A stretch of 64,000 bases of DNA from Deltaproteobacteria bacterium (lineage in GTDB: Bacteria > Myxococcota_A > Polyangia > Polyangiales > Houyiibacteriaceae). The position numbers and the translations under genes are program-made. How positions within the stretch are numbered: position 1 is the first letter of the stretch; every line of letters begins with the position of its first letter. Positions 38,700 to 49,669 of the stretch are shown one piece after another. The stretch is from positions 160,001 to 224,000 of the forward strand of contig JAXMNT010000006.1 in the NCBI GenBank assembly GCA_034670305.1, given 5' to 3'. The notes beneath the pieces are model-generated. The model made no database searches. It was given only the letters and a program-made list of their open reading frames with translations, and was not told where the DNA came from.

Positions 38700-41642
38700 T
38701 CAGTACGCCCACGACGCGCGGATCTCGTGGAGGATCGGTCGGCCGGAGCCGCCGGTTCGGTAGAGCCGGGCGTCGACCTGCAGGTACCGGTGCCGATGCA
38801 AGTCCGCCATGCAGGTCGAGAGATCCGCAGGCGAAGGTTCGAACGGTCCGCAGGGGGTCGCACCCGCGAGGCCCGCGACGGTGTCGGCGCTGCGCACGGT
38901 CATGTCGATGCCGGTCATGGCCGGCTCGTCGCTGTCCCACTCGACGCTGGTCCAGTATGGCGTCGCGTAGCCGGAGTCGAAGACCTGAGACCAGGTGCCT
39001 TCCGGCGCCACGAACGTACGGAGCAAGTGTCCGGTCATGTCCGAGTAGCTGTACAGCTCTTGACCCGCGTCGACGACGTAGGAGGCCTGCAGCACACAGT
39101 CGGTGTTGTAGACACTGACCGTGCCGGAGGTGAACCGGCTCGGCATCCAGATGCGGCCGTCTCGGTCGACGGCGACGCCGTGCGGGTTCGCGCCTGCCCC
39201 AACGGGCGCGCGGCAACGTTCGGTGCCATCGGCGTTGATGCCGATGACCTGGTTCACGCCGTAGCCGGATCCCCAGATCGTCCCATCCGGGTGGACCGTG
39301 ACACCGGTGACCTGGCTGACCGCGGTGTCGGTTCGCACGCCGGTCGTTCGGTCGATGTAGTGGACCGGTCCGCCTCCGCCCCATCCGCCGAACCACATGC
39401 GGTTCATGCCGTCGGGCGCGATGCCGTAGAACCAGGGGTTCGCGAAGCTCGAGGTGCTGTAGTCCGAGATGCGGACCCGAATCGAGTTCGGGCTCGACGA
39501 CGTCCAGACGTAGCCGTCCGGATCAGCGGTGAGGCCGTAGATGTTCACGCCGGTCTCGACCGTGTTGAGCACGACACAGGTCGGCGGGCTGGTGCTGGTG
39601 TCCACCATCGAGCCGCTGATGTGGAAGAGGCGGCCGCCGCTGTAGGAGCCAGCCCAGATGTCGCCCGCCGCGTCGATCGCGACGGAGCGCGCGATGTTGA
39701 GCACCGGCGCGCGGCAGATGAGGCTGCCGTCTGCCGCATCGAGGTGGACCACGTTGGACTGGTTCACATCCGCGGGGTTGCTGCCGGTGTGCGCCCGGTT
39801 GCTCACCCAGACGCTGCCGTCTTCCGCGACCGCGGTGCGCGACGGATAACGGCCGTGCGAGGTGACCTGCCAGTTCTTCACGCCAGTGCGGGTGTCGAGC
39901 TGCGCGACCTGGTTGCGGGCTGTGACCGCGATGTAGATGTAGTCGAAGTCCGTGGTCGACTGGCCGAGCGTGACGCTGCCGGGGAAGTCCGGGTGCTCTT
40001 CGATGCTCTCGCAGGTCCGCCCTTCCGCTTCACAGTCGGCGGGTGTGTCCCACGTGTCGGTGAAGCAGGGCTCCGGCTCGCAGGTGCCGCAAGCGTTGGC
40101 GACGCGCTCGTCGACGATGCCGTCGCAGTCGTCGTCGGTGGTGTTGCAGACTTCGACCGGCTCCGCGCCGCACTCACCGCAGGCGTTGCTCACGCCTTCG
40201 TCGGTCAGCCCATCGCAGTCCTGGTCCATGCCGTCGCAGATCTCGGTCGGGTCGCAGAACCCGCAGGCGTTGCTTCCGATCGCCCCGCGCTCGTCGATCT
40301 CGCCGTCGCAGTCGTCGTCTTCGCCGTTGCAGATCTCGGGCTGCGGCAACATCTGGCCGAGGCATTCGCCGAACACGGGGAACTCTTCGCCGCCTTCGCA
40401 GATGTGGCTGCCGCCGTAGCAACTGCCGACGCCGAGCGTGTCGGGCGGGCCGCCGTAGCAGTCCGCGGTCTCTCCGGTCGCGCACGAGCATCCGTCGTCG
40501 ACCAGGCCGTTGCAGTCGTCGTCGAATCCGTTGCCACATTCTTCGCTGGCCGCGGGCATGCCACAGCCGCCGCACGCGTTGCGCGCGCCTTCGTCCGAGA
40601 CTCCGTCGCAGTCGTCGTCGATGTCGTTGCAGCGTTCGGTCGCGCCCGGCCGGACCTCGGGGTCGGTGTCGTCGCAGTCGAGGGGCCACGCGGATCCGTC
40701 GGAGTCGGCGTCGCGACAGCCTTCATCGATCCGTCCGTCGCAGTCCTCGTCGGCGCCGTTGGCGGCGCCGCCTTCGCACTCGGTGACCGGCGTGACCTGG
40801 CCGGCACACATGCCCCACATGTTCTCCCCGGTGACGTCGTCGACCATGCAGTCGCGGCGTCCGCCGGTGCAGAGGCCGCGTCCTTGGGTGCGGAACGGTC
40901 CTTCGTAGCAGGGCTGGTTCGTCGGCGGCCGACACTCGCAGTCGGTGCCTTCAGGGCACATGCAGCGGTAGTCGCAGTTGCAGCCTTCGTCGACGAGCCC
41001 GTCGCAGTCTTCGTCTTCGTCGGTGCCGCACTCCTCGGCGACTTCTTCGCCGCACGCGCCGCATGCGTTGCGCAGACCTTCGTCGACGAGCCCGTCGCAG
41101 TCGTCGTCGAGGAAGTTGCAAGCGTCGACGCCCTCTTCCACGCCCGGACCGATCGCGCCTCGACATTCGCCCGCGACGCCGTCCTCGATGCACACCGCGA
41201 CGCCGCGTCGGCAGACGCCCACGCCGGCCGTCACCGGGTCGCCCTCGTAGCAGCCGATGCGGTCGCCGCGCTCGCAGGTGCAGTCGGCTTCGTCGGTCTC
41301 GCCATCGCAGTCGTCGTCGGTGCCGTTGCCACACACTTCGTCGGCGCCGGGGCTCGTGCCACGGTTGCGATCGTCGCAGTCGTTGCCGCTCGGACAGTCG
41401 ACGGTGTTGCCGTCGTAGCCGTCGCCGTCCCCGTCGATGCAGGTCTCGCCGACCATCGTGTCGGCGCCGCCGGTGTCGCCGGTCATGCCGGAGTCGCGGG
41501 CGCGGCAGTTGCCGTCGATGCACACGCTGCCTGCGGGGCAGTCGGCGGTGGTGGTGCAACTCTCGCCGCTCCCTCCGCCGCAGTCGCATGCCGCGATGAG
41601 AAGGAGAGACAAACAAGCGGAATAAGAGGCGCGGCTGATCAT
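38700..41642 (-). CDS. large Cys/Asp-rich lipoprotein with about 9 MopE-type (putative metal-binding) repeats and a C-terminal beta-propeller
   Basis: Lipobox IAAC; repeats E-x-C-N-x-x-DDDCDG-x-x-DE; propeller blades PSRTAV, ARSVAID, YGIAPD, PHGVAVD, YSYSDMTG. Confidence 0.88.
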   Translation of the reverse strand: MISRASYSACLSLLLIAACDCGGGSGESCTTTADCPAGSVCIDGNCRARDSGMTGDTGGADTMVGETCIDGDGDGYDGNTVDCPSGNDCDDRNRGTSPGADEVCGNGTDDDCDGETDEADCTCERGDRIGCYEGDPVTAGVGVCRRGVAVCIEDGVAGECRGAIGPGVEEGVDACNFLDDDCDGLVDEGLRNACGACGEEVAEECGTDEDEDCDGLVDEGCNCDYRCMCPEGTDCECRPPTNQPCYEGPFRTQGRGLCTGGRRDCMVDDVTGENMWGMCAGQVTPVTECEGGAANGADEDCDGRIDEGCRDADSDGSAWPLDCDDTDPEVRPGATERCNDIDDDCDGVSDEGARNACGGCGMPAASEECGNGFDDDCNGLVDDGCSCATGETADCYGGPPDTLGVGSCYGGSHICEGGEEFPVFGECLGQMLPQPEICNGEDDDCDGEIDERGAIGSNACGFCDPTEICDGMDQDCDGLTDEGVSNACGECGAEPVEVCNTTDDDCDGIVDERVANACGTCEPEPCFTDTWDTPADCEAEGRTCESIEEHPDFPGSVTLGQSTTDFDYIYIAVTARNQVAQLDTRTGVKNWQVTSHGRYPSRTAVAEDGSVWVSNRAHTGSNPADVNQSNVVHLDAADGSLICRAPVLNIARSVAIDAAGDIWAGSYSGGRLFHISGSMVDTSTSPPTCVVLNTVETGVNIYGLTADPDGYVWTSSSPNSIRVRISDYSTSSFANPWFYGIAPDGMNRMWFGGWGGGGPVHYIDRTTGVRTDTAVSQVTGVTVHPDGTIWGSGYGVNQVIGINADGTERCRAPVGAGANPHGVAVDRDGRIWMPSRFTSGTVSVYNTDCVLQASYVVDAGQELYSYSDMTGHLLRTFVAPEGTWSQVFDSGYATPYWTSVEWDSDEPAMTGIDMTVRSADTVAGLAGATPCGPFEPSPADLSTCMADLHRHRYLQVDARLYRTGGSGRPILHEIRASWAY

Positions 41643-41691
41643 GGAACCAGCAGTGTACGCGCTCTGCGCACCGCCAGACAGGGGGAGACCG

Positions 41692-43470
41692 CTAGTTCGG
41701 TCGAATTCTTGGTCGACGTCGTCGCCAAGTTGGCACAAGCCACATCAGGAGGGTGCCCACCAGCCCCGCGCTCCCCACCCCGATCGCGGCGCTCAGCGTC
41801 TCGGGGCGGTAACGAAGCCGAACGGTCTGGGTGCCCTCCGGCAGATCCCGCACCTCCAGAAGCCCGTTGTCGCCGGCCGCCACGGTTCCGATCGAGCTCG
41901 ACCAACCGCGCGCCCAGGTCTGGTTCACCACCAGGGTGCCGCCCTTGGACTCGACCTCGATCGCCATCGTATTCGCGGTGCGGCCGAGCCAGGTCACTCG
42001 GCTCTCTGCGCGCGCGTCGCCCGCCATGCGGGCCTGCGGCACCCGGCCCACGCGGAGTCCGGGCGCGGCCGGGTAGGTCATGCCGGTGTAGCAGCCCTGG
42101 GTACTGACCCCGCGGGCGGGGAAACTCGCGTAGCTCCCGTACTCGCCCATCGAGGTGATCTCGTAGCGGGCGGATCGGTCCACCGGAGGCAGCGGTGCGC
42201 CCCGCCAGCGGTCGATGACTTCGGCGTTGCCCCACGCCAGATGCAGCACGACGGACAGCGTGAGGAGCACGGGGAACGCGCGCCGCCATGCCCAGAGATC
42301 GACCGGCACGTTCAAGGTCGCGAGGCGACCGAGCATCCACTGCACGGTCACACCCGCGCAGAGCGCGAGGTAAAACGTGAACAGCACCGCGAACCGGGAG
42401 GGCACCCGAAGCGAGCCGTAGATGGGCAGCGCGTGGAGCAAGGTCCACGGATGAAGCTTGCTCACGCTGCCCATCATCATGAGCCCGAAGAAGACGAGAC
42501 CGAGCACGACTTGCCGGTGCGGCCTATCCGACCCCCGGTGCGCACTGGTTGGGGGGCGGCGCTGCCACGCCAGCACGACGCCGGCGAGCCCAAGCAGCAA
42601 GGCGATCCAACCGATGAACGTCCCGTACTCCGCCCACACGTACTCGTGTCCCGGAAAGCCGTAGTCGTACTCCTTGGAGGTGAGCATCGCGATCACCTCT
42701 TGGAGCGAGAGCTTGTCTCCGCCCGAGGTCGGCCGCGGGTAGTGCGCCATGGTGTCGAGGATCGGCAGGAGCCGAAACCCACACGCGAGCAACATCAGCG
42801 GGAGCGTGAAGAGGCCGGCGCGCACGACGCCTTTGGCGTTGTCCCGTCGGGCGATGCGGTAGATCCCGTCGAACGCGAGCAGCAGACAGAAGTACGGGAA
42901 CGGGTACACGCCGCCTTCGAGCACCGTGAGCGCGAGAATGGCCACGACCGCTGCCACATACCGGACGTCGCGGGCCGCGGCGTGCCACGCGAGCAGCAGC
43001 CAAGGCACGAAGTAGAACGGGAGGAAGGCGCTGTGACCGCCGCTGCCGTGCCATGCGAAGAACCCGCTCCCGGCCCACACGAGCGACGCCATCACCGACG
43101 GCCACGGCCCAAGCCCCATGCGGCGCTGCGCGAAGCGGTACATGCCGGCGAAGCCGATCGCGGTGTGGATCAGCAGGAAGAGTTTCAACCCGTGCGTGGT
43201 GCCGAACGGCAACACCAACCAGAAGAGCGGGGAGTACGCCTGCAACTGCGGGTCGCCGAAGAGCACGACCCCACCGCAGTGCCAAGGGTTCCACAGCGGC
43301 GCTTCGCCATAGCGCACCACGCTGACGTAGGACGCTTCCCACTGGTGCTGGAACTGCTGCCAGTCGCCGAAGCCGGTCTCGCTCCAATGCCACAGCGCAG
43401 GCGACCAGTAGAGGGCCGCCGCGGCCAACGAACACAGGGAAACGATCGCCCAACGCGGCACGGCCGCCAC
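41692..43470 (-). CDS. YfhO-like multi-TM protein (GT-C-like)
   Basis: GDWQQF...[18 protein letters not shown]-terminal [11 protein letters not shown]...VRLRYRP plus TM. Start uncertain: GTG 43470, or CTG 43788 including the acidic repeat. Confidence 0.8.
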   Translation of the reverse strand: MAAVPRWAIVSLCSLAAAALYWSPALWHWSETGFGDWQQFQHQWEASYVSVVRYGEAPLWNPWHCGGVVLFGDPQLQAYSPLFWLVLPFGTTHGLKLFLLIHTAIGFAGMYRFAQRRMGLGPWPSVMASLVWAGSGFFAWHGSGGHSAFLPFYFVPWLLLAWHAAARDVRYVAAVVAILALTVLEGGVYPFPYFCLLLAFDGIYRIARRDNAKGVVRAGLFTLPLMLLACGFRLLPILDTMAHYPRPTSGGDKLSLQEVIAMLTSKEYDYGFPGHEYVWAEYGTFIGWIALLLGLAGVVLAWQRRPPTSAHRGSDRPHRQVVLGLVFFGLMMMGSVSKLHPWTLLHALPIYGSLRVPSRFAVLFTFYLALCAGVTVQWMLGRLATLNVPVDLWAWRRAFPVLLTLSVVLHLAWGNAEVIDRWRGAPLPPVDRSARYEITSMGEYGSYASFPARGVSTQGCYTGMTYPAAPGLRVGRVPQARMAGDARAESRVTWLGRTANTMAIEVESKGGTLVVNQTWARGWSSSIGTVAAGDNGLLEVRDLPEGTQTVRLRYRPETLSAAIGVGSAGLVGTLLMWLVPTWRRRRPRIRPN

Positions 43471-43533
43471 CCTGCGATGGAAGGCGGCGAAACGCCAGCC
43501 CGACCAAGGGGCCGCTTGTTCTGCGGCGTCAGA

Positions 43534-43767
<234 letters not shown>

Positions 43768-43781
43768 TGCGGCTCCGCCCG

Positions 43782-45419
43782 CTACCAGCGGTCTTGGATG
43801 AACTGGACGCTTTGCTCGACTTGCGGGCTCGGGTCGGGCGGCAGCACCAGTTGGGCGGCGACCAGCCAGATCGCGATCGCGAACGCAGACAGGAGCACGA
43901 CGCCATCGCGCGTCCAGCGGGTGGCCCAGCCGAGCGCGCCGAACCCGAGCAGGACGAGCGGCGCCATGGTGAAGAGCCCGCTGAACCCCATGAGCTCCGC
44001 GAACGAGTGGGGGGCGAGATCCGCGGCTGCGAGCGCGGGCATCAGGTGCGCCATCGGCCAGTCGATCTCGGGCGGCAGGTGCGGGTAGTAGACCGAGAGG
44101 GTGCCGCCGATCGCGAGCGAAGCCGCCCCGGTCCCGAGCGCGAGGGTGTGACCGAGGACGGAGCGACGGTTCGCGATCCGATCGAGGCCGATCGCGGAGG
44201 CGACCGCGATGAAGGGCACGAGGACCACCAAGTAGCGCGGGCCGAGCGACCAGCCGCCGTCCCAGTTGTTCATCAAGCAGATCACGAAGTAGAGCGCGCC
44301 GCAGGCGGTGAGTGCCGCGAGTGCGCCCTGCCGCGAGGGTCCGCGCGTCCCAAGCAGCGCGAGGGCGCCGAGCGGCGCGAACACGAAGACCGGCGTCAGC
44401 GGCAAGAGCCCGAGCCGCGCGTCGAAGAGCAGCCGCCACGCGGCGTCCCAGTGGAACGCGTCCGCTCCGAAGAAACCGCTCTCGTGGCCGGCGCGGAACG
44501 CGGAGTTCTCGACGAACAAGTGCCCCGGGGTGAGCGGGTTCCCGTACGCGCTCCACTGAAAGAGCATCACGACGAAGGTCGGCAGCAGCGCGCCGAAGAC
44601 GAAGGGCAGCCACCGTCGGAACGGGAGCGCCTTGAGCGCGTACAGACACACGAAGAACGTGACGACGAAACAGGGGTACTCGAGCGCGGTCGCCCCCGCG
44701 GCCAGCAACCCCGCGAGGAACGCACGTCGTTTGCTCCGCTTCGTGGGGTCGACGTGCGCGTCGTACAGCAGCGCGAACCCTCCGAACGCTGCTGCGGCAC
44801 TCGTCGAATGGCTGGCGAACAAATACGTGTAGCCGAGCAGGACCGATCCGAGCGCCGTGGCCACGAACACGGTGTCGCGAATGAACCCCGAGCGGACGCG
44901 GGCACCGAGCCATCCGTGAAAGAAGAAGAAGAACAGACACATCGGCAGCACCGATGCGCTGATCCGGAGCAGCCAGAGCGTGGAAGGCCGCAGCTCGGAT
45001 CCGTCGTCGCCGAAGAGCCGGGCCAGACCGTAGGCCGGCACGCCCATCAGGCTGGTCAGCGGCGCCTTCACGCTGAAGTAGCGGCGCACGTCGCCGCGGG
45101 GCATCGCGCCTTCGCAGGGTTGTTTGGTTCCGTCCTGCGACCACTGCACGCAAGCGGCGTCGTTCACCCATCCCCAGCGCTCTCGAGGACCGCTGATCTC
45201 GAACGTGCCATCGAAGACGATCGCCGCGGTCATCTGGACCCGCACGTTCTCGTTGGGGTTGTTCAACTCCGGATAGAACGGAAACGCGTAGAGGGCGGCG
45301 AACGCGAAGAGCGCCGTTGCGGCGAGCGAACGTTTGCGGCTGGGGAGCGCGCGCATCGGAGCCTCGGAGGGCAGGTCTGCGCCGCGCTCCGTCGAAGCGC
45401 TGGGTTCCGAGATCGCCAT
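43782..45419 (-). CDS. putative GT-C fold multi-TM glycosyltransferase
   Basis: NNPNENVRV first loop; YFSVKAPLTSL; YGNPLTPG; WDGGWSLGPRYL. Confidence 0.72.
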   Translation of the reverse strand: MAISEPSASTERGADLPSEAPMRALPSRKRSLAATALFAFAALYAFPFYPELNNPNENVRVQMTAAIVFDGTFEISGPRERWGWVNDAACVQWSQDGTKQPCEGAMPRGDVRRYFSVKAPLTSLMGVPAYGLARLFGDDGSELRPSTLWLLRISASVLPMCLFFFFFHGWLGARVRSGFIRDTVFVATALGSVLLGYTYLFASHSTSAAAAFGGFALLYDAHVDPTKRSKRRAFLAGLLAAGATALEYPCFVVTFFVCLYALKALPFRRWLPFVFGALLPTFVVMLFQWSAYGNPLTPGHLFVENSAFRAGHESGFFGADAFHWDAAWRLLFDARLGLLPLTPVFVFAPLGALALLGTRGPSRQGALAALTACGALYFVICLMNNWDGGWSLGPRYLVVLVPFIAVASAIGLDRIANRRSVLGHTLALGTGAASLAIGGTLSVYYPHLPPEIDWPMAHLMPALAAADLAPHSFAELMGFSGLFTMAPLVLLGFGALGWATRWTRDGVVLLSAFAIAIWLVAAQLVLPPDPSPQVEQSVQFIQDRW

Positions 45420-45614
45420 CAAGGGCCGGATGCTAGCAGCCTCGCTCGCATGCCCCAGGCGATGAGGTGGTGCCCGTCTCGGGCGCGATCGGGGCCGCAC
45501 CGGACTTTCGCGGCCAGGAGCGAAACCGTCCGATGCCCGGAATGTTCGAAACCCGCGCGGGCGTTGCCGAAGTTCGTTGCGAGGGGTGCGAGTCGCCCCT
45601 TATACGTTCCGCAG

Positions 45615-46337
45615 ATGCTGGCCGCCGTTTCCATCGTCCTCCCGTGCCACAACGAGGAGGCTTGCCTCGAGGGGGTCGTGCGCGATGCCTGCGATGCCGG
45701 CCGCGAGCTCGCGGTGGACTGGGAGGTCGTGGTCGTGGACGACGGGAGCTCCGACTGGTCGCCCGAGCTGCTGCGCGCCCTCCAGCGCGACGAACCCAGA
45801 ATTCAGGTGGTCACCCACGAACGCAACCGGGGGTACGGCGCCGCCCTGCGGAGCGGGTTCGCGCGCGCCGTGCATCCGTGGATCTTCTACCTCGACGCCG
45901 ATGGACAGTACGATCCCTTCGATCTGCGCAACCACCTCGCGCTGGTCTCGAGCGAGACGATGGTCATCGGGTTCCGCGCGCCACGCCGCGACGGTCTGAT
46001 CCGCCTGCTCAACGGTTCGCTCTGGACCGCGCTCACCAACGCGATGCTCGGGCTGCGGGTCCGCGACGTGGACTGTGGCTTCAAAGTGTTTCCACGGGCG
46101 CTGCTCGACGGGCGCGCCCTGCGCGCCGACGGTGCCACGGTGGACGCCGAACTTCTGAGTCTCGGCCGGCAGCGTGGGTTGACCATTCACGAGGTCCCGG
46201 TGCAGCACCTTCCCCGGCGCGGAGGACGCGCCTCTGGCGCCCGGCCCGAGGTGGTGATGCGGGCGCTCATCGAACTGGTGAAGCTCGTCATCGCCCGACC
46301 GCAAGCCCGCGCCCAGCCCGTTCAACTCACGTCCTAG
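45615..46337 (+). CDS. GT2 glycosyltransferase, polyprenol-phosphate sugar synthase (DPM1-like)
   Basis: VLPCHNEE, VVVDDGSSD, NRGYGAAL, DADGQY, DVDCGFK. Confidence 0.92.
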   Translation: MLAAVSIVLPCHNEEACLEGVVRDACDAGRELAVDWEVVVVDDGSSDWSPELLRALQRDEPRIQVVTHERNRGYGAALRSGFARAVHPWIFYLDADGQYDPFDLRNHLALVSSETMVIGFRAPRRDGLIRLLNGSLWTALTNAMLGLRVRDVDCGFKVFPRALLDGRALRADGATVDAELLSLGRQRGLTIHEVPVQHLPRRGGRASGARPEVVMRALIELVKLVIARPQARAQPVQLTS

Positions 46338-46378
46338 AACGCATCGGCTTCGCCCTCCGGCGCCTGAGCCCGAGCCGC

Positions 46379-47281
46379 TCAGCCGCAGACGCGGTTGCGG
46401 CCGGTGCGCTTGGCTTCGTAGAGACGCTCGTCGGCGATCTGCAGGACCGCCTGCGCGCTCTTCATCTCTTCGGTCCACTCGGAGCAACCCAGGCTCACGG
46501 TCACATCGATCTTGGTGCCTTCGAAGAGGAAGGTGGCTTCGTCGATCTGCCGATTGAGTTTGCGCGCGAGTTCGATCGCGCCGTGCAAGCCCACCTCGGG
46601 ACAGATGATGCCGAACTCCTCGCCGCCAGTGCGCGCGACGATGTCGTCCCGCCGAACCATGCCTCGGACAAGGGTGCCGAGCTGGCGGAGCACGGAGTCT
46701 CCGGCGAGGTGCCCGAACGAGTCGTTGATCGTCTTGAAGTGATCGATGTCGAACATGATCAACGAGAAGGTCCGGCCGTAGCGCTGAGCGCGGCTCAGTT
46801 CTCGCTCGAGCATTTCGTCGAAGTAACGTTTGTTGTGGACCTGGGTGAGCCCGTCGGTGGTCATCAGACGGTAGATGACCTCGTGGTACTGGCCTTCGAT
46901 GTTGCCGCCGACGATGAACTTCAGGATGGTGCGGCCCACCTTCAGCTGGTCCCCGTCGCGCAGCGAGATCGAATCGACGATGAGCTCGTCGTTGACGTAG
47001 GTGCCGTTGGTCGAACCGAGGTCGCGGGCGGCGTACCCGCGGCCGTCGTGGCTGATGCGGCAGTGGTTGCGGGAGACACTCTCCTGATCGATCTGCACTT
47101 CGCACCGGGACGAACGGCCGATGATGACCGGTTCGGTTTGAAGCGGGATCCGGCGCCCGAGGTCTTCGCCGTAGATCACCACGAGGCACGCCTGGCGGGC
47201 GTCCTTGGCTTTCTTCTCACCCTTCGGACCGACGACCGTGATCACGGTCTTGTTCGGGTTGGTGGTGCGCTCGTCTTTCAC
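46379..47281 (-). CDS. FHA-domain diguanylate cyclase
   Basis: FHA motifs IGRS, VSRNH, DLGSTNGTYVN; TDGLT, DIDHFKTIND, RxxD I-site (RRDD), GGEEF. Confidence 0.95.
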   Translation of the reverse strand: MKDERTTNPNKTVITVVGPKGEKKAKDARQACLVVIYGEDLGRRIPLQTEPVIIGRSSRCEVQIDQESVSRNHCRISHDGRGYAARDLGSTNGTYVNDELIVDSISLRDGDQLKVGRTILKFIVGGNIEGQYHEVIYRLMTTDGLTQVHNKRYFDEMLERELSRAQRYGRTFSLIMFDIDHFKTINDSFGHLAGDSVLRQLGTLVRGMVRRDDIVARTGGEEFGIICPEVGLHGAIELARKLNRQIDEATFLFEGTKIDVTVSLGCSEWTEEMKSAQAVLQIADERLYEAKRTGRNRVCG

Positions 47282-47317
47282 GCGGACCTCGGCCCGTGAC
47301 GGACGGTCACTCGGTCC

Positions 47318-47353
47318 ATGCGCATGGCGATGCCCGTGGCGATGCGCATGGCG
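47318..47353. repeat. 3 x 12-bp repeat ATGCSCRTGGCG upstream of the diguanylate cyclase
   Basis: ATGCGCATGGCG-ATGCCCGTGGCG-ATGCGCATGGCG. Confidence 0.75.
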
Positions 47354-47474
47354 CTCGATCCTAGCGTGGACACTTCGGCTCCCAACCCAACACCGGTGAT
47401 CCAGGGTAGCGCGAAATCCAATCGGAAGTGAACGTGCGCGTCATACCCGCCTGAATCGCCGTGTCAGACACGGT

Positions 47475-48836
47475 TTATGCCGTGTAGCCCTTGGGGTCCG
47501 CGGCCATGGCGGCCCGTACTCGGGTCCCTTCTTCTTCGAACCCTTCGCGGCCCAGCAAGCCGAAGGCGAGCCGCTTGCCGAGCTCGACGCCGGGCTGGTT
47601 GAAGGCGTCGATGTCGTACATCTCGCCAGCGAGCGCGGTGGCGGCTTCGAACACGAACATCAAACCGCCGAGATGTTCGGCGTCGAGCGCACTGAGCCGG
47701 ACCGTCAGGCTCGGGCGCCGATCTTCGGCAAGCGCCCGTGCGGTGCCTTCGCGCTCGGCGTCCAGAAGATCGCCGAGGGTGTGGCCCCCGAGGTAACCCG
47801 TGGGTCCATCTTCTTTCGGGATCTCGAGGTCCGGGCGCTCGTCGATCGACACGAAGGTGACGAGTTTGTCTCGCGGTCCCTCCATGAAGAGTTGCACCTG
47901 CGCGTGTTGGTCGGTCGCACCGACGGCCGGCAAGGGTGTCGGTCCGGTCTCGACGATGGTGCCTTGTCGATCGCGCCGCTTGCCGAGGCTCTCGGCCCAC
48001 AGCTGAACGAACCAGGCAGCGAGTCCACGAAGCGGATCCGCATACGGCATCAGCACATGGATCCGGCGGTCGAAGAGCCGGTGGTGGAGCACGTGCAGCG
48101 CCGCCAACAGGCCGGCGGGGTTCTTCCGGAGTTCTTTCGCCTCACAGCGGATCCGCATCTGGTCGGCGCCCCGCATCATCGCGCGGACATCGAGTCCAGC
48201 GAGCGCACCGGGCACGAGCCCGACCGGGGTCAGCACGGAGAACCGTCCGCCGACGTTCGGCGGAATGGAGAGCGCGGTCAGCCCTTCTTTGTCGGCCAGC
48301 GCACGCAAGGAACCGTTCTTGGGATCGGTGACCACCGCGAGGTGGTCGTTCATCGGTACGCCGGCATCCCGCAGCCAACCTCGGACGACGAGCAACATCG
48401 CGGCGGTCTCGACGGTGCCGCCACTCTTGCTGATCGCGACGGCCAGCGTGGACTTCGGTTCGAGCCGCTCCAAGAGCCGCGCGAGGCGCCATGGATCGCT
48501 GTTGTCCGGAAAATGGATCCGCCGGCCGACCCGGAGTTCGGGCGGGCCGCCGAGCGCTTCGTAGACCGCCCGGCCGCCGAGGCTGCTGCCACCGATGCCG
48601 AGCACGAGCACGTCGGTGATGTGCTCGGGCGTCTGCTCAGCGAGTGCGACCGCTTCGTCCAGTGCGTTCGCATCCGAAGGCAACGACCAGAAACCGAGTT
48701 CGTAGGAATGCACCCGGGCGAGCACATCGTGCAGGCCTTGCGCGAACCGATCCTGGGCGGAGTCCAGGTGGGCGTCGGTGAGTCCACAGCGACAGCCCGA
48801 GTCCATCGCCAGCGTGTAGTCGAGGGTGATCCCCAT
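47475..48836 (-). CDS. pgi: glucose-6-phosphate isomerase
   Basis: GIGGSSLG, SKSGGTVET, VGGRFSV, QLWAESLGK, DQHAQVQL, FNQPGVELGK. Confidence 0.95.
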   Translation of the reverse strand: MGITLDYTLAMDSGCRCGLTDAHLDSAQDRFAQGLHDVLARVHSYELGFWSLPSDANALDEAVALAEQTPEHITDVLVLGIGGSSLGGRAVYEALGGPPELRVGRRIHFPDNSDPWRLARLLERLEPKSTLAVAISKSGGTVETAAMLLVVRGWLRDAGVPMNDHLAVVTDPKNGSLRALADKEGLTALSIPPNVGGRFSVLTPVGLVPGALAGLDVRAMMRGADQMRIRCEAKELRKNPAGLLAALHVLHHRLFDRRIHVLMPYADPLRGLAAWFVQLWAESLGKRRDRQGTIVETGPTPLPAVGATDQHAQVQLFMEGPRDKLVTFVSIDERPDLEIPKEDGPTGYLGGHTLGDLLDAEREGTARALAEDRRPSLTVRLSALDAEHLGGLMFVFEAATALAGEMYDIDAFNQPGVELGKRLAFGLLGREGFEEEGTRVRAAMAADPKGYTA

Positions 48837-48892
48837 GCGGCGGGTCTTACCACGTCCGCGACGAGACTGGCCGCCGAGTCTGCCGGCAGCCC

Positions 48893-49669
48893 CTACTTGG
48901 AGCGTCTGGAAAGGATCGCTTGCACTGCCGCGACGTTCTCGGGCGAGCCGTACCGCTTCGCGAGGGCGCGGTCTTCTTCGGCGGCCGTGTCGTCTCGACC
49001 ATGCACCCCGCCGTATCGAAGCAGCCGCTTGGCATCCCGGAGCGCCGCGAGGGGGGCGCGCGCCATGTCGACCGCCAGCCCATGGACCGAGTCGAGGAGT
49101 TCCGCGTCCTCGAACACTCGGGTGACGAACCCCCATCGCTCCAGCGTCTCTGCATCGAGCGTGCGGGCGCTGCCGATCCACTCCATGGCGCGTGCGTGTC
49201 CGATGAGCCGAGGCAGCGTCCACGAGCTCGCCAGCTCCTGGATCAATCCGAGCCTGACGAAAGGGAGCGCGAAGGTGGCGGATCGGGCCGCGTAGATTCC
49301 ATCGAAATGCGGAAGCATGGTCACGCCCATGCCGACGGCCGGGCCTTGGACCGCCACCAGGATCGGTTTGCTGAAGTCCGCGATGTTCCGCCAGATGTTG
49401 CCGACGGACCCGCCGCCCGCATTGCTGCGCTTCCCCGAGTCAGCACCGTGGCCCTTGCCCATCTCTACGAACAGCGAGAGGTCCGCCCCGGCCGAGAACA
49501 CCGGTCCCTCCGATGCGAGCACGGCCACCGACACACCCTCGTCTCGGTCGGCTTCCTCGAGCGCCGCCGCCAGCGCATCCGCGAGCGCCACGTCGAACGC
49601 GTTCCGTTTCTCGACTCGGTCGAGGGTGAGGGTGCGAACGGCACCCGCGCTCTTGATCCGAAGCGTCAC
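48893..49669 (-). CDS. enoyl-CoA hydratase/isomerase family protein
   Basis: KRNAF, FSAGADL, KPILVAVQGPAVGMG, PFVRLGL. GTG start overlaps the TetR stop. Confidence 0.92.
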   Translation of the reverse strand: MTLRIKSAGAVRTLTLDRVEKRNAFDVALADALAAALEEADRDEGVSVAVLASEGPVFSAGADLSLFVEMGKGHGADSGKRSNAGGGSVGNIWRNIADFSKPILVAVQGPAVGMGVTMLPHFDGIYAARSATFALPFVRLGLIQELASSWTLPRLIGHARAMEWIGSARTLDAETLERWGFVTRVFEDAELLDSVHGLAVDMARAPLAALRDAKRLLRYGGVHGRDDTAAEEDRALAKRYGSPENVAAVQAILSRRSK

